Shown: piece after piece, positions 1 through 10,028 of the stretch
How positions within the stretch are numbered: the first letter of the stretch is position 1
Layout of the letters: every line of letters begins with the position of its first letter
From: a virus
IMG/VR virus record: IMGVR_UViG_3300028837_001734
Span: 26,161-90,160 of that record
Direction: 5' to 3' (one strand)
DNA: 64,000 nt
Program-made: the position numbers and the translations under genes
Notes under the pieces: generated by a model
What the model was told of the DNA's origin: nothing
The model's database searches: none
Seen by the model: the letters and a program-made list of their open reading frames with translations, nothing else

Positions 1-1
1 T

Positions 2-3000
2 TTGACTAGCTAATAGAATATCCTGACCGCCTGTTATGATATCGCTAGATGCAACACCGATAGTGTCCGTAGAAACTCTCATAGTATCTGCAGCTATTTT
101 GGTATCATTTGCTGCTTGTCCTATTTGAGTTGCAGAAGCCTCTATATTTTCAAAGACTCGTGGGGCAGCAGGTTCTGCTACTTCCGGTTGTCTGATCTGA
201 GAGGATATACTTTCTAATGTGTTGACTAAATCAATCGGTAACTGTTCTGCTGCCCGTTGTGGATCTGTTAAAATATCAGGTTGTTGTATAACTTGCATAA
301 GAGATTTTGCCAATTCATCTGGAGTCAGATATTTAGCGCCAAGATAGTCAATTTCTGGCGCATCAGTAGCTTCGCTCATCTCTTGCAATTTTTTAGCAGC
401 AATCTGAGTAATCTCCTGTAAATCATTCATAGAAAGACCAGCATCTTTGACAGCCTGCGGAACATCATACAGAGAATTAGTCAATGCTTCAAAAGCTGCT
501 ACCTGTTTTTGCTCTTCTTCGGCTAAACCAAGAGTAGGACTATACATTCTTTGTTCGCTAACAATATAATCTCTTACAGTGTCAGCTAATACACCCATAG
601 ACGTTTCAATATTAGCACCCAATACTGCGGATTGTGCTAATCCTCTGTCAAATTGTGGTTTCCGTGGTTCCGTTAAATCTTTAATAGCACTTTTATCAAC
701 ACCACCTAAACCACGTTCAATATCTGCGGGAGTTAAAGCTGCAGTCCATACTTTAACAGCATCGCTACTTTCACGAAGTGCTTTAGCAAAAATCATTGCT
801 GGTTCTTCAAAAACCTGACCGACATCAAGAGCTACAGATGCTTCTATTTTTTGTCTACTTCTATTAAGCATCTCAGCCATTTGATCAAATTCTCTTTCTG
901 TTCTTTCAGCATTTTTGGCAATCCAAGTTATATCTACATCTTCTCCACCAAGTTCTTTTGTATATTCTTCTTGTATTCTTCTTAATGATTCAGGAGCTTT
1001 TTCAATAACCTTTTCAAAAAGTTCCATAGCATGCTGTAATCTCAAAACTTCTACACCTGTTTCTGCCGTAGCCTTTTCTAACCCTTCTTCCACAGGAATA
1101 AGACCTCGTCGTTGCTCAGATAATCTACGAGATTGTTCCCCAAATTTTCTAAATTGTACATCATATTGAGAAAGCAAATTTTCAGCAATACTAGTATCTC
1201 TTGCTAAATTTACCATAGCACGATCAAATTTACTAACAGAACCAAGTGTAAATGGAGTACCTAGTGGGCTTACCGCTTCAGTAACGAAGGAATCAATTTC
1301 ATTGCCAGTATTCTTATAAGCCTTTTGAAAACTTCTGCTGATAGTAGAACCTAGTTCTGCAGTCCTAACATCTACATCAGCAGCCAACGTGAAACCTTCA
1401 AGACGAAGTTTAATCTGTTGACTTTGTGCATCTAGCCATTGTTTGTAGACTTTTATAGCTGCATCAGTAAATGGAGTTTGTTGACCTAATACAGATTTCA
1501 AAGCTTCTGCAATTCTCTCTTCTTTTGGTACCAAATTCCCGCTAGAATCTATAATAGCTGTTTGTAGATTTGTTCCAAGAGTTGCCGCAGCGACTCTGAA
1601 AGCTTCTATTGCCTGTGGTGGTATTTTGTCTGGATACTCATCTATAAATTTCGCTATATATTCATCCATTATCTCTATAGGACTTACTTTAATATCTTCT
1701 AACTTAGCAAAGTCTGCAGATGCTGCTTCACTTTTTATAAGAGATTGGAAAAACAAATCAAGAGCATCCCCAACTTGTGCCAAATTAGTAGTAGCACCTG
1801 CTATATCTTCGAACTGACTAAGATCCAAAACTTCACCTATTCTCCCTGCTCTAGCTAATTCCTCTATAGCAGAAAGATCCCACTCAGTATCAAAACTTGG
1901 AAGACCTATATCACCACCAACAGTTTGACTTATTGCATCAAAAGTATCAACATTAGTTTGTATAGAAGCCGCTGCTCTAGAAACAGCTTCACTTAAAGTT
2001 TCTAATTCCCCAGATAAACGAACAGGTACATGAATTTTAGAAATATCATCAGTTACCTTTTCTGCAGCAGTAGCTAGACGATCAAGCTCACTAGGTATAC
2101 CTGCAGCGGGAATTTGCTTGGCTATTTCTCTTAAACCACCAGCCATTTTAATTATGACATCAGTAAATAAATTAGCGGCATATGTAGGATCTTCCACATC
2201 CTTAAATAAATCTGCAATTCCAATATCAACCAGACCAGCTTCTAATCCAGCAACGCCAAATTGTTCTATAGCTGCTGCCATGATTTGATTAAAACGTTCT
2301 GGATTAGCACCAATCATCGTTTCTATCATTTCACGAGCACGGCCCTCATCAATAATAGGACCAGTAAAAACACCAGCAAAGTCAAGATCAAAAATCTTAC
2401 TAATTTTAGTACCGACACGACCCCAAAAACTTTCATCAAGAACACCTGCGGCACCTTGAATATCTTTTATAAATGCATCACTAAAATCATTAATAGCATT
2501 ACTAAGACCACCAGCTTCATCAACGTCAATTGGAGTAAGTTCTATACTCTTAACTCTTTCAATCATTGCATCTTCAATTTGCTTGATATCAAAATCTACA
2601 GCTTTTTTACCTGCATAAGCCAATGCACCAAAAGCAGCAGTTACACCGGCAGCAGCAAGACCAACCGGTCCAAGGAAACCAGCTAAAGAAGCGAACAATC
2701 CTTGAAGACTTTTACCAGAAATTAACGCCGCAGCTCCGACGATTACAACAGCAGCCTTAGCGAATTCTGCAGCCATAATACCAGCAGAACCACCAGTCTC
2801 TTCAAACTTAGTACTAAGAGCATCAGCAGCAACAAATAACCCAGTCAAAGCAGCCATTTGTGCTATTTGATTACCAGCTACTGCTTTAGCCCCACCAGCC
2901 AATCTAGCACCAGCTCCAGCCGCAGCAGCCTGACCAACACCTAAACCAACTCCACCGCCAAGTCTATTTTGTACTCGTTGTCTTGCTGAAACACCAGCCG

Positions 3001-4549
3001 CACCACCTGCACCAGCACCAAGACCACCAGTTAAACCAGCCATTAATTGTGGCAAACCAACCGTTGATGCAGTAAGAAACGCCATAGCCTTACCAACACC
3101 AGTAGCAGCCAAAGCCAAAGCTTTCATACCAGCAGTGAATCCAATAACGGCAGTCAAAGCAGGAATAACAGGTTTAATGAAATCCAACATTGTAACAAAA
3201 GCATGACCAGCTTGTGTTGCACTTTGAATAAGAGGAATAAACAATGGTTCAGCCAATGTTTGCACTAACCTATTAAATTCCTGTCCAAGAATATTTAATT
3301 GAGCTTGTAGACCAGATAAACCTTCTTCTGCCACCCTTCCAAATTCACCAGCAGAATCACCAGCAGTGATTAATGCATTATCAAGCGTGTCTATATTGGT
3401 GGACAATGCAGCAAGACGACTAAATTGTCTTCTACCACCCAATTGAGTAAGAATAGCAACTCTATCTTGAACATTAGTTATATCTTTTAATGCATCAGCT
3501 ATTCTCCTAAAACCTTCTATTGCACCAACAAACTGACCTTCTTCAACAAGTTTAATACCTTTGCCTGTTAGAAAATCAATAATTTTAGGATCAGCCAGAC
3601 GAGAAGAAATAGTCTTGAAGAACGTACCAACCGTAGAAGCACTTTCTCTTGTAGCTTGTCTAACAGTTGTAAAAGCAGCAGCAAATTCCCTAAAAGTACC
3701 ACCAATAGCTTCAAAAGCAGCACCACCACGAGCAACACCAATAGCAATATCCTCGGCAGAAGCTGCATATTTATTGGATAAAGCCGTCATTACATCGAGT
3801 ATCTCTTCTGTTTTTAAACCCTCTTTATTAAACTGGTTAATAGCTGCAATGGTACCCTCAACTGCAGTGCTAACATTCTCAAACGAAGGAGTTAATGGAA
3901 CTTTAGCTAATGCCCCCAACGCTTCATTAAGTTGCTCTCCACGGAAACCAGCCTGAGCCATAGTTTTACTAATACCAGCCAATTCTGATGCTGATGTACC
4001 AGTAGCAGTAGAAAGATTTAAAATGGTATCCCTAAGACCAGAGACTTCATCTGTAGTCTGACCCATAATCTGTCGTAGTTTAAGGATAGCCCCATCGAAT
4101 TCGATAACAGCAGCAGTAGCCTTACTAAGACCACCAAGAGCAGCAAATGGAACAACGGTAGCAGTTAAGAATGCAGCATATCGTTTAGCAGCCAAACCAA
4201 CTGAATGACCAAAGTCATCTGCAGCTTTAGCTCCTCTTCTTTGAGCACCGGCAGCTTGATTAACAGCAGAAGAAGCTTTTTTAGAAGTAGCAGCTAATTT
4301 TGTATTAGCTTTGGATACCTTTTCAATAGCCGCAGCTTGGGTAGTAGCAGCAACAGCGACATTTTTCGCAGCAGATACGGCTGCTCCAGCACTACCGGCA
4401 GCAGCAACACCACCAACTGCACCAGCAACCCCACCAGCTCCACCAACACTAGCAGAACCGATCGCACTAGTGATAGCAGTTTGGACTTGTTTAAGACCAA
4501 CTATATCTTTAATACGAAGATTGACATCTAATACAAACGGTGCAGCCAC
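2..4549 (-). CDS. Tail tape measure protein (TP901-like), runs off window edge
   Basis: Absent from the ORF track. Manual translation from GTG 4549 (RBS AGGAG) gives MAAPFVLDVNLRIKDIVGLKQ..., Ala/Gly-rich, with TP901-type core 'LSNKYAASAEDIAIGVARGGAAF...TRESASTVGTFFKTISSRL'. Continuation to the edge (>1500 codons) is inferred from the absence of any long closed ORF here. Confidence 0.92.
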   Translation of the reverse strand, partial: MAAPFVLDVNLRIKDIVGLKQVQTAITSAIGSASVGGAGGVAGAVGGVAAAGSAGAAVSAAKNVAVAATTQAAAIEKVSKANTKLAATSKKASSAVNQAAGAQRRGAKAADDFGHSVGLAAKRYAAFLTATVVPFAALGGLSKATAAVIEFDGAILKLRQIMGQTTDEVSGLRDTILNLSTATGTSASELAGISKTMAQAGFRGEQLNEALGALAKVPLTPSFENVSTAVEGTIAAINQFNKEGLKTEEILDVMTALSNKYAASAEDIAIGVARGGAAFEAIGGTFREFAAAFTTVRQATRESASTVGTFFKTISSRLADPKIIDFLTGKGIKLVEEGQFVGAIEGFRRIADALKDITNVQDRVAILTQLGGRRQFSRLAALSTNIDTLDNALITAGDSAGEFGRVAEEGLSGLQAQLNILGQEFNRLVQTLAEPLFIPLIQSATQAGHAFVTMLDFIKPVIPALTAVIGFTAGMKALALAATGVGKAMAFLTASTVGLPQLMAGLTGGLGAGAGGAAGVSARQRVQNRLGGGVGLGVGQAAAAGAGARLAGGAKAVAGNQIAQMAALTGLFVAADALSTKFEETGGSAGIMAAEFAKAAVVIVGAAALISGKSLQGLFASLAGFLGPVGLAAAGVTAAFGALAYAGKKAVDFDIKQIEDAMIERVKSIELTPIDVDEAGGLSNAINDFSDAFIKDIQGAAGVLDESFWGRVGTKISKIFDLDFAGVFTGPIIDEGRAREMIETMIGANPERFNQIMAAAIEQFGVAGLEAGLVDIGIADLFKDVEDPTYAANLFTDVIIKMAGGLREIAKQIPAAGIPSELDRLATAAEKVTDDISKIHVPVRLSGELETLSEAVSRAAASIQTNVDTFDAISQTVGGDIGLPSFDTEWDLSAIEELARAGRIGEVLDLSQFEDIAGATTNLAQVGDALDLFFQSLIKSEAASADFAKLEDIKVSPIEIMDEYIAKFIDEYPDKIPPQAIEAFRVAAATLGTNLQTAIIDSSGNLVPKEERIAEALKSVLGQQTPFTDAAIKVYKQWLDAQSQQIKLRLEGFTLAADVDVRTAELGSTISRSFQKAYKNTGNEIDSFVTEAVSPLGTPFTLGSVSKFDRAMVNLARDTSIAENLLSQYDVQFRKFGEQSRRLSEQRRGLIPVEEGLEKATAETGVEVLRLQHAMELFEKVIEKAPESLRRIQEEYTKELGGEDVDITWIAKNAERTEREFDQMAEMLNRSRQKIEASVALDVGQVFEEPAMIFAKALRESSDAVKVWTAALTPADIERGLGGVDKSAIKDLTEPRKPQFDRGLAQSAVLGANIETSMGVLADTVRDYIVSEQRMYSPTLGLAEEEQKQVAAFEALTNSLYDVPQAVKDAGLSMNDLQEITQIAAKKLQEMSEATDAPEIDYLGAKYLTPDELAKSLMQVIQQPDILTDPQRAAEQLPIDLVNTLESISSQIRQPEVAEPAAPRVFENIEASATQIGQAANDTKIAADTMRVSTDTIGVASSDIITGGQDILLASQ

Positions 4550-4562
4550 TTAGATCACGCTC

Positions 4563-5480
4563 CTATTTTTCCACCTTCTTCTTAACCCTTTTTCTGGTAG
4601 TTGTCTTTTTTGTTTTCTTTCGTTTAGCAATAGATATCTCACCAATCCCAGCGACAACAACTGATTCACCAGTCTCATCATCTATAAATGGTTTAGCCAT
4701 TTCTATTAATAGATTGCCTTTTTCATCAATAGCTCTACCATGAGCGTCCACCATTTGACCACGTTGATCTAGGTAAACACCATCTTCATTGACAGATCTA
4801 CCATTTTTATCTACAAACTCTCCTTTGTTATTAACAAACCTACCCTCATCATCAATCAAACCAGCTTCTTTAAGCCATCTCATCTCAAACATACTGATCT
4901 GTATATTTTCTTCAACATTGTAAACTATATTAGCTAATTCCTTAGCACCAGCCACAACAGCTTCTTCTGTCTGGCGATTAATATAGTCATCATGACCTCT
5001 AAGATATTGTGCACCAGTCTCAGCATTGACTAAACATTTGGTTAATAAAAATTCAAACCGAAAATTTTCTGCCTGAGCCTCAACAGTAGCAGAATCAAAT
5101 TGTTGTCTTTTCTCATGGAGATCAAGAATAGCACGTCTTTTTTCTGACATTTCAATAGCTAATTGACGTGCTTCAGATATCTTCATTCCACCCTTTTTGA
5201 GTTGCAATTCTGCTGCACGGATTTCTAGGGATAGTGCTTCAACTTTTAAATTATCTCTCATTGTCCATATACCAGTTTTAGATAAATAATTTTCCAGTTC
5301 TGCTCGCAATAACAATCTCTGATCTGGAGATTCAGCTCCTTTCCTTATTAAAACAGATACTTTTAAATTATATGCTAAATTAGCATCTTGATTTAATCTA
5401 TTAGTTGGTTTTATGATAGCTAATTTTATAGGCTTACCATCTTTGTCAATAGTGTCAAAAGTTTTCCTATTACCATCCAT
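4563..5480 (-). CDS. Hypothetical protein upstream of tape measure (tail assembly chaperone candidate) with 7-aa (D/N)xxGxx repeats
   Basis: 305 aa; position next to TMP; C-terminal DDEGRFV-NNKGEFV-DKNGRSV-NEDGVYL-DQRGQMV-DAHGRAI-DEKGNLL repeats. Confidence 0.6.
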   Translation of the reverse strand: MDGNRKTFDTIDKDGKPIKLAIIKPTNRLNQDANLAYNLKVSVLIRKGAESPDQRLLLRAELENYLSKTGIWTMRDNLKVEALSLEIRAAELQLKKGGMKISEARQLAIEMSEKRRAILDLHEKRQQFDSATVEAQAENFRFEFLLTKCLVNAETGAQYLRGHDDYINRQTEEAVVAGAKELANIVYNVEENIQISMFEMRWLKEAGLIDDEGRFVNNKGEFVDKNGRSVNEDGVYLDQRGQMVDAHGRAIDEKGNLLIEMAKPFIDDETGESVVVAGIGEISIAKRKKTKKTTTRKRVKKKVEK

Positions 5481-5836
5481 TATTTTCCTCCCAATTCAAA
5501 TTTATATCCTTCAAAATTGATACTATGCAGATCAATTTCCATGACCAAAGCACGTGATTGAGTATTACCTTTATCTAAAATGTGCTTTCTAACCTGTTCC
5601 CATCTTTGTCTATTAGCCAATTGTGCTGGCGTTAATTCTCCATCGGGTAATCCATGTCCCCAAACATCTAAACCAAATACATTTTCAAATTCTGCTAGCG
5701 CAGATATAAAACATGTCCTAAACTTTTTGGTAGCTATTTTCTTTAGACGTTCTTTCGAATCATGTGCAATACGACTTTTGGATTCCTGTCTCGATGCATT
5801 ACGAAGTTGCACTAATTTACGTTCAGTATCACTCAT
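5480..5836 (-). CDS. Hypothetical protein
   Basis: 118 aa ORF translationally coupled to the downstream gene. Confidence 0.7.
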   Translation of the reverse strand: MSDTERKLVQLRNASRQESKSRIAHDSKERLKKIATKKFRTCFISALAEFENVFGLDVWGHGLPDGELTPAQLANRQRWEQVRKHILDKGNTQSRALVMEIDLHSINFEGYKFELGGK

Positions 5837-5844
5837 GACATTCC

Positions 5845-6930
5845 CTATCTTTGGTTAATACTTTTAACGTGAGTTTTTCTCATGTCCATAAATTGTGATT
5901 TCATTTCCCTTTGGGAATCTGGCATATTTTGTTCTGCGACATTGCCATGTTTTTGTAATAGTTGTTGTTTTGCACGTATCTTAGCTCTGCTAGTTGGATC
6001 ATTCATATCATACACTTTTTTAGCACCATCTTGATCAGACATAACAAAAACCTCATTACGACCGTTCTTTTTACCTTTTGGTAAATCTTGTATTTTTTGA
6101 GATTTATCTTTAATCTTTTCACCTTGACGAATAAACCAAGAATCCAATAAATCATCATCATTAATAATATCTTCCGATGGTCTCTCATAAGCAGAATAAA
6201 CGGAATCGTATAGAGAAGACCAATGAGCTAATTCTCTTTGATTATAAGACCAAGATACAATAGAACCATCGAATAATACTCCATTATGTTTAGCCGTATC
6301 CCAATAAACTCTCCATTGTTGTGATCGGGCAAGTTCTCTGATAACAGAAGTAGCTATTCTAGACCTATAGAAATATATCTCACACAATTGCATTATTAAA
6401 TTACTATTATCACCTTGCTCAAATTCTGCTTCAGTTGGCCAAAGCAATTCTCCATCTAATTTCTCTGTTATTCGTCCTACGGTGAAACGTTGTTGATGAA
6501 GAATAGCATTAGCTTCTGCGCTTATTTGTGTCAAATTATTTCTACGAGATAATCTTTCTATTAAAGCTTTTTCTGCATTGCGAAGCATTTTTCTAGCTTG
6601 TTCTAATTTCGTTGTATTAAATACAAAATCCAATAATCCACGACGTATTGTGTGAATATCTTGTTTAAGCCCTTCGATTTCAAATTCTAATTGTTCACTC
6701 CATTGACCAAGATTAATCAAACTACAAATAACATCATTCTCTGATAATAATCCTAAAAGAATACCATAATCATATTGAGTGTCATAAATAGATGCTGCAC
6801 GGACTTGCTCATCTGGTGTGGGAGGACGCAAAAAGAGTTGAATCAATTGGCCATCCTGTATGTTTATAGTTGCTAAAATTTTATTACAACTTATCTTAGC
6901 GATAAGTCGCTCCTTTTCAGCCATATTCAT
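5845..6930 (-). CDS. Hypothetical protein, possible tail assembly chaperone
   Basis: Long ORF; start moved to ATG 6930, downstream of the promoter motif at 6993; first gene of the pre-TMP operon. Confidence 0.6.
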   Translation of the reverse strand: MNMAEKERLIAKISCNKILATINIQDGQLIQLFLRPPTPDEQVRAASIYDTQYDYGILLGLLSENDVICSLINLGQWSEQLEFEIEGLKQDIHTIRRGLLDFVFNTTKLEQARKMLRNAEKALIERLSRRNNLTQISAEANAILHQQRFTVGRITEKLDGELLWPTEAEFEQGDNSNLIMQLCEIYFYRSRIATSVIRELARSQQWRVYWDTAKHNGVLFDGSIVSWSYNQRELAHWSSLYDSVYSAYERPSEDIINDDDLLDSWFIRQGEKIKDKSQKIQDLPKGKKNGRNEVFVMSDQDGAKKVYDMNDPTSRAKIRAKQQLLQKHGNVAEQNMPDSQREMKSQFMDMRKTHVKSINQR

Positions 6931-6992
6931 AACATACCTTCCCAGTCCCAAAATCAAAGTGGTACTGACTATCCATATCCTATCCCTATCAT

Positions 6993-6999
6993 TATACAC
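6993..6999 (-). promoter_or_regulatory. Phage promoter motif GTGTATAA
   Basis: TGTGTATAAT, intergenic, oriented into the chaperone/TMP operon. Confidence 0.65.
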
Positions 7000-7008
7000 A
7001 TTGTCAAT

Positions 7009-7038
7009 AAAAAGGCCGCAGGCATGAAGCCTACGGCC
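7009..7038 (-). terminator. Rho-independent terminator
   Basis: GGCCGTAGGC-TTCAT-GCCTGCGGCC followed by T5. Confidence 0.8.
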
Positions 7039-7070
7039 AAGTAGAGGGAAGTAATGATGTCAGAAATTCA

Positions 7071-7625
7071 TTAGAAGTATCTTTGTTCCTTCAGATTTGT
7101 TGGCAGACATTCCACAATCGCCAAAAGTTCTACAGGAGTTGAACCGTTGACCCCAACAGCATCTTCAGCCTGGACAGACAGGGTTGTTCTCAGTGACCCA
7201 CCCTTTGGAACCGAAACATATGTTGTATCCATAGCCACACCAGTTGTGCTGACATAACCAGATTGCGAAGGAGCTTTGAATAGTAGTGTGTCAGTATTTG
7301 AAACAACACCAGACAAATTCACACTAACAACATTATCCCAGGCTGCAGTAGTTGGAGCAGCAGGAGAAGCGTCAACTTCATCAGAACTCTGTAGAGCGAC
7401 TGTGAAATTAGAACCACCACCGTCGAAACCAGACCCAACCACAGAAGTACTATGAACCTCAAATCCTATAACATCTACATTAAATGGACAATCTTTGCTG
7501 AAAAATGTCTCTGTGTCGGTCACTGCAGAACCAGATACAGCAGTAGCTGATAATGTTTTGTACACCTTAAATGTTTTCGGTGTCGGATTAAGATTTGCTC
7601 CAAAATTGTCGGTCACTAGAGTCAT
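7071..7625 (-). CDS. Probable virion structural/decoration protein
   Basis: 184 aa, S/T/V/G-rich beta-type composition, GGAGGT RBS, own promoter motif (7708) and terminator. Confidence 0.55.
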   Translation of the reverse strand: MTLVTDNFGANLNPTPKTFKVYKTLSATAVSGSAVTDTETFFSKDCPFNVDVIGFEVHSTSVVGSGFDGGGSNFTVALQSSDEVDASPAAPTTAAWDNVVSVNLSGVVSNTDTLLFKAPSQSGYVSTTGVAMDTTYVSVPKGGSLRTTLSVQAEDAVGVNGSTPVELLAIVECLPTNLKEQRYF

Positions 7626-7707
7626 GGCGTTACCTCCATTAAAAGTAAGGCTGCAAAGATTCTAATCCTACGCAAGATTAAAGGCTAAGCAGATTCACCT
7701 AGAAGTT

Positions 7708-7714
7708 TATACAC
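7708..7714 (-). promoter_or_regulatory. Phage promoter motif GTGTATAA
   Basis: TTTTGGTGTATAAAC upstream of the 7625 gene. Confidence 0.65.
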
Positions 7715-7764
7715 CAAAAAATGCCAGACGCATAAGATATAATGAGATTTACTGCCTGATATGA

Positions 7765-8220
7765 TTAATTAGGGAAATTGATATGTGCAAATTCTCCAAA
7801 ATATTGTTTAGCAGCCGAATCATATGCTTTTGCCGCATCCTGTTCTTGCAAAAAATATCCTAAATGTTTCTTCTTACCATTGATGCGGATGGCAGCGTGC
7901 CATTTGCTGTTATATTTATTAAAGCAGACACCCTTAAACCTAGAAGTTCTTTTTTGTGTTAGATGTAAGTTGGCCATATTTTGTGATCTAGTGGCTATCC
8001 TTAAATTACAACGACGATTATCACACCCGTTATTGTTAATATGATCAATTTCAAGCCCATTTGGATTATTCATTAAAAAACGATGCATGGATTGTTTTTT
8101 CCCATCAATTTTTGCCCATGCATAGCCGTTAGAGTAACACCACGATCTAACAATCAAATTGCTGTAATCCATGTCGTCGACTATCGCAACTTTCCCTTGT
8201 GTTAATGGTATAGTTTGCAT
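7765..8220 (-). CDS. HNH homing endonuclease with AP2 DNA-binding domain
   Basis: MHR...IDHINNNGCDNRRCNLR HNH motif; AP2 'SRFKGV...KWHAAI...HLGYF...AAKAYDSAA...FGEFA'. Confidence 0.93.
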   Translation of the reverse strand: MQTIPLTQGKVAIVDDMDYSNLIVRSWCYSNGYAWAKIDGKKQSMHRFLMNNPNGLEIDHINNNGCDNRRCNLRIATRSQNMANLHLTQKRTSRFKGVCFNKYNSKWHAAIRINGKKKHLGYFLQEQDAAKAYDSAAKQYFGEFAHINFPN

Positions 8221-8276
8221 AATAAAATTCGAGCCCTATTCCTGGAGAGCTACTCATCGCCATGCACTGTTCAAAT

Positions 8277-8350
8277 CAGGCCGGGCAGGACTCGAACCTG
8301 CAAGCATCCTGGATCAAAACCAGACGTTCTGCCAATTGAACTACCAGCCC
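8277..8350 (-). tRNA. tRNA-Gln(TTG)
   Basis: Cloverleaf: acceptor GGGCTGG/CCGGCCT, anticodon loop TTTTGAT, T-arm GCAGG-TTCGAGT-CCTGC, discriminator G, no encoded CCA. Confidence 0.92.
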
Positions 8351-8381
8351 ACTGCAAAGTCATTTTTTATAGGATTCTAGT

Positions 8382-8639
8382 TTACTCTGCGTCTATTTTT
8401 AGACCAAGATTTCGAGCAATCTCGATAATCGCCTGACGGAAATCTTTGGTACGACCAGCCTTTATATCTTCCATGCTTTTTTCCAACAGATGTAAACTCT
8501 GTCTCATTTCTTCGTCTTGCATAAATTTCTCAAGACAATCTACACATCTGGTAGCTTCATATGGTTTTCTACCTGGACAATCAATTCCGGATCTTTTACG
8601 ACATTCAAAACAAAGAATTCCAGTTTCTTTCTCTATCAT
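8382..8639 (-). CDS. Small Cys-containing hypothetical protein
   Basis: 85 aa; CxxC motifs; ATGA overlap with upstream gene. Confidence 0.6.
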   Translation of the reverse strand: MIEKETGILCFECRKRSGIDCPGRKPYEATRCVDCLEKFMQDEEMRQSLHLLEKSMEDIKAGRTKDFRQAIIEIARNLGLKIDAE

Positions 8640-8863
8640 AAGATTTCCAATTCCTCTAATTCTATTTTATCTAGGGCCAACTGTGTATTGATAACTATTG
8701 CCATAGCCTGTATTGCTCCTCTGTCTATATCAATATTAATATCGCCATCGACCAATCTACGAGCCTGGTCACTCATATTTGCACCAATACCCCAAGCGTC
8801 TTTCAGTTTCTTTAAGTAATCATCCCTATGTTTTATTAACAGTACCTTATTTTTTATATCCAT
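8636..8863 (-). CDS. Hypothetical protein
   Basis: 75 aa; AGGA RBS; starts just after tRNA-His. Confidence 0.6.
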   Translation of the reverse strand: MDIKNKVLLIKHRDDYLKKLKDAWGIGANMSDQARRLVDGDINIDIDRGAIQAMAIVINTQLALDKIELEELEIL

Positions 8864-8881
8864 TGTGTTATCCTATTTTAA

Positions 8882-8952
8882 TACCAACGACAGGAATCGA
8901 ACCTGTACTTCCTGGTCCACAGCCAAGCGTTCTTCCGTTAAACTACGTCGGC
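8882..8952 (-). tRNA. tRNA-His(GTG), no G-1, A73
   Basis: Acceptor GCCGACG/CGTTGGT, anticodon loop CTGTGGA, T-arm ACAGG-TTCGATT-CCTGT. Confidence 0.9.
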
Positions 8953-9174
8953 TTCTGTTATCAAAGCTTCTAATGTCTCAAGAGTAGCACGAGAAACAAC
9001 AACCATTGGGCCTTTCCCATGAGTATAATCAGCGGCAGTCAATAAACCACGAACTACGTCTCTCATAGCTTCTGCAGATTCGTGCATTTTACAAAATGTC
9101 AAGAAATCAAAACCATCACTGGTAAAACCACAGTGACATCCACAATCTTTTTCGTGTGTAATTTCAATGCTCAT
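8938..9174 (-). CDS. Hypothetical protein (stop codon inside tRNA-His)
   Basis: MSIEITHEKDCGCHCG...FCKMHESA; GAGG RBS; ends GCC GAC GTA GTT TAA inside the tRNA. Confidence 0.6.
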   Translation of the reverse strand: MSIEITHEKDCGCHCGFTSDGFDFLTFCKMHESAEAMRDVVRGLLTAADYTHGKGPMVVVSRATLETLEALITEADVV

Positions 9175-9442
9175 CACCGCCTCTTCCAACTACTAATACA
9201 TCATTTTTACCTAGCGAACAAATAGAGTGAGCACCGTTTTCATGTAGTGTCCACAAATGAATCACCCTATTATTAGTAGGACATGGTATAGTAAACCAAC
9301 TCCTACCATTAAGGATCGCATGTGTCTTTTCTAAACATTGCAATCTCTTTATCTGGAATTCCTGATCTTTGATGATTTTTTGTGCCCATTTAGGTAGTTT
9401 TTTTACATCGTGCATCAGTCGCTCACACAAAATTCTGGACAA
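9164..9442 (-). CDS. Hypothetical protein
   Basis: 92 aa ORF in an overlapping small-gene run. Confidence 0.6.
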   Translation of the reverse strand: MSRILCERLMHDVKKLPKWAQKIIKDQEFQIKRLQCLEKTHAILNGRSWFTIPCPTNNRVIHLWTLHENGAHSICSLGKNDVLVVGRGGDEH

Positions 9443-9891
9443 TCAAATCTCATTTCCAAACCATACATCTTCATGTGTAGCTTACCTCTGACACCACGTT
9501 CTAGTAATACTTCTATGAAGCTGTCATCACCATCTGGGTACACCATAGAATCATACATAAGATTAGCGGCTAGCCTGACTTCAGCATGATGATCGAAACA
9601 AATAATCTTTGGTCTTCGTCCGTACTTTTCATGGAACTTTAATATCATCCTCTGTATTGTATGTCTGATGTTGGCACGACCGAATCTACGGAGCAATGAT
9701 TCATCTTCTCTCATTACCTGAGCAGCTATATGTTGTTGACGATCAAAATTATCCATAGCCTTTTGCATATCTTGTCCTACTGCCTCCCAATCCTTATAAG
9801 CCAATGGACAAATATCATACACGCATTCACATTCTTTACCACAATCTTCACATTGCTGAAATTCTCGTTTTCCTAATTCATTTTCGCACAT
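9415..9891 (-). CDS. Hypothetical protein with N-terminal Cys cluster
   Basis: 158 aa; AAGGAG RBS. Confidence 0.65.
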   Translation of the reverse strand: MCENELGKREFQQCEDCGKECECVYDICPLAYKDWEAVGQDMQKAMDNFDRQQHIAAQVMREDESLLRRFGRANIRHTIQRMILKFHEKYGRRPKIICFDHHAEVRLAANLMYDSMVYPDGDDSFIEVLLERGVRGKLHMKMYGLEMRFDCPEFCVSD

Positions 9892-9932
9892 AAATCTACT
9901 CCTTAGGAAACTTCCGTGGTTTCGGACAATTT

Positions 9933-10028
9933 CTAATTTTCATCTTCTTTTCCCCAGTAAAAAGAGTCAAGATAGGCATCGATAATCCATACTAAAACTA
10001 ATGGTCCAAAACCAATAACCCATACCAT
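9933..10028 (-). CDS. Small membrane protein (31 aa)
   Basis: MVWVIGFGPLVLVWIIDAYLDSFYWGKEDEN; TGATG coupling to upstream gene. Confidence 0.45.
   Translation of the reverse strand: MVWVIGFGPLVLVWIIDAYLDSFYWGKEDEN

Noticed and set aside
579-4743. Many short plus-strand and off-frame ORFs in the track
   Set aside because: Shadows of the minus-strand tape measure gene and its neighbour.
4563-6930. Programmed frameshift in tail chaperone genes
   Set aside because: No convincing slippery site linking the ORFs; each has its own plausible start.
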